DNA of 64,000 nucleotides from contig NC_042997.1 of NCBI RefSeq assembly GCF_006345805.1, forward strand, positions 159,402,001 to 159,466,000, read 5' to 3'. The translations under genes were made by a program, and so were the position numbers. The notes beneath the pieces are model-generated. The model had not been told where the DNA came from. It did no database searches and saw only the letters and a program-made list of their open reading frames with translations. This DNA is from Octopus sinensis (lineage: Eukaryota). This document shows, one piece after another, positions 63,848 to 64,000 of this stretch; position 1 is the stretch's first letter; the number at the start of each line of letters is the position of its first letter.

Positions 63848-64000
63848 GGGGGGGAGACAGGCAGACTCAGAGTGTTTCAATGTGCGTGTGGTTTTAGGCT
63901 CGTACGTATGGAAATAAATGTTCTTGCATTGATTCTTCATTGAATAAATGATGACAAATCTTGTCGGGATGAGTGCGTAGGAAGCTGGCTGAGAGAGAAT

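Noticed and set aside
1-64000. Conserved bilaterian miRNAs, snRNA, rRNA, telomeric or mitochondrial insertions
   Set aside because: I looked by eye for familiar sequences and saw none; this was not an exhaustive search.

Overview
AT-rich animal genomic DNA, inferred to be coleoid cephalopod (Octopus-like) from its SINE families and dense (TA)n/(CA)n/(AAT)n/(GAT)n microsatellites. I recognise no complete host protein-coding gene. Most supplied ORFs are microsatellite or SINE artefacts. The window reads as intronic or intergenic sequence packed with mobile-element relics: at least five SINE families, RTE LINE fragments (one with an intact YADD motif), R4/Dong-type 3' ends sitting in (AAT)n, mariner and pogo transposase relics, piggyBac-, hAT- and Tc2-type MITEs, two fold-back hairpins and a 23-bp minisatellite. 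Strong minus-strand splice signals and a rise in CpG content near 57 kb suggest a long minus-strand transcript starting around 57-58.5 kb; this is inference. The best candidate for something new is at 20.67-20.99 kb: a tRNA-derived Pol III head joined to a Penelope-type minimal hammerhead ribozyme motif, preceded by an inverted copy of the same segment. Other highlights are a SINE whose target duplications begin with its own 3'-terminal GGTA (including a head-body-body dimer), tail-to-tail Dong-like ends, a SINE with an internal variable-copy 62-bp module, and a candidate micro-exon with three tandem donors. All alignments were done by eye; family names come from recall and need Dfam/Repbase confirmation.
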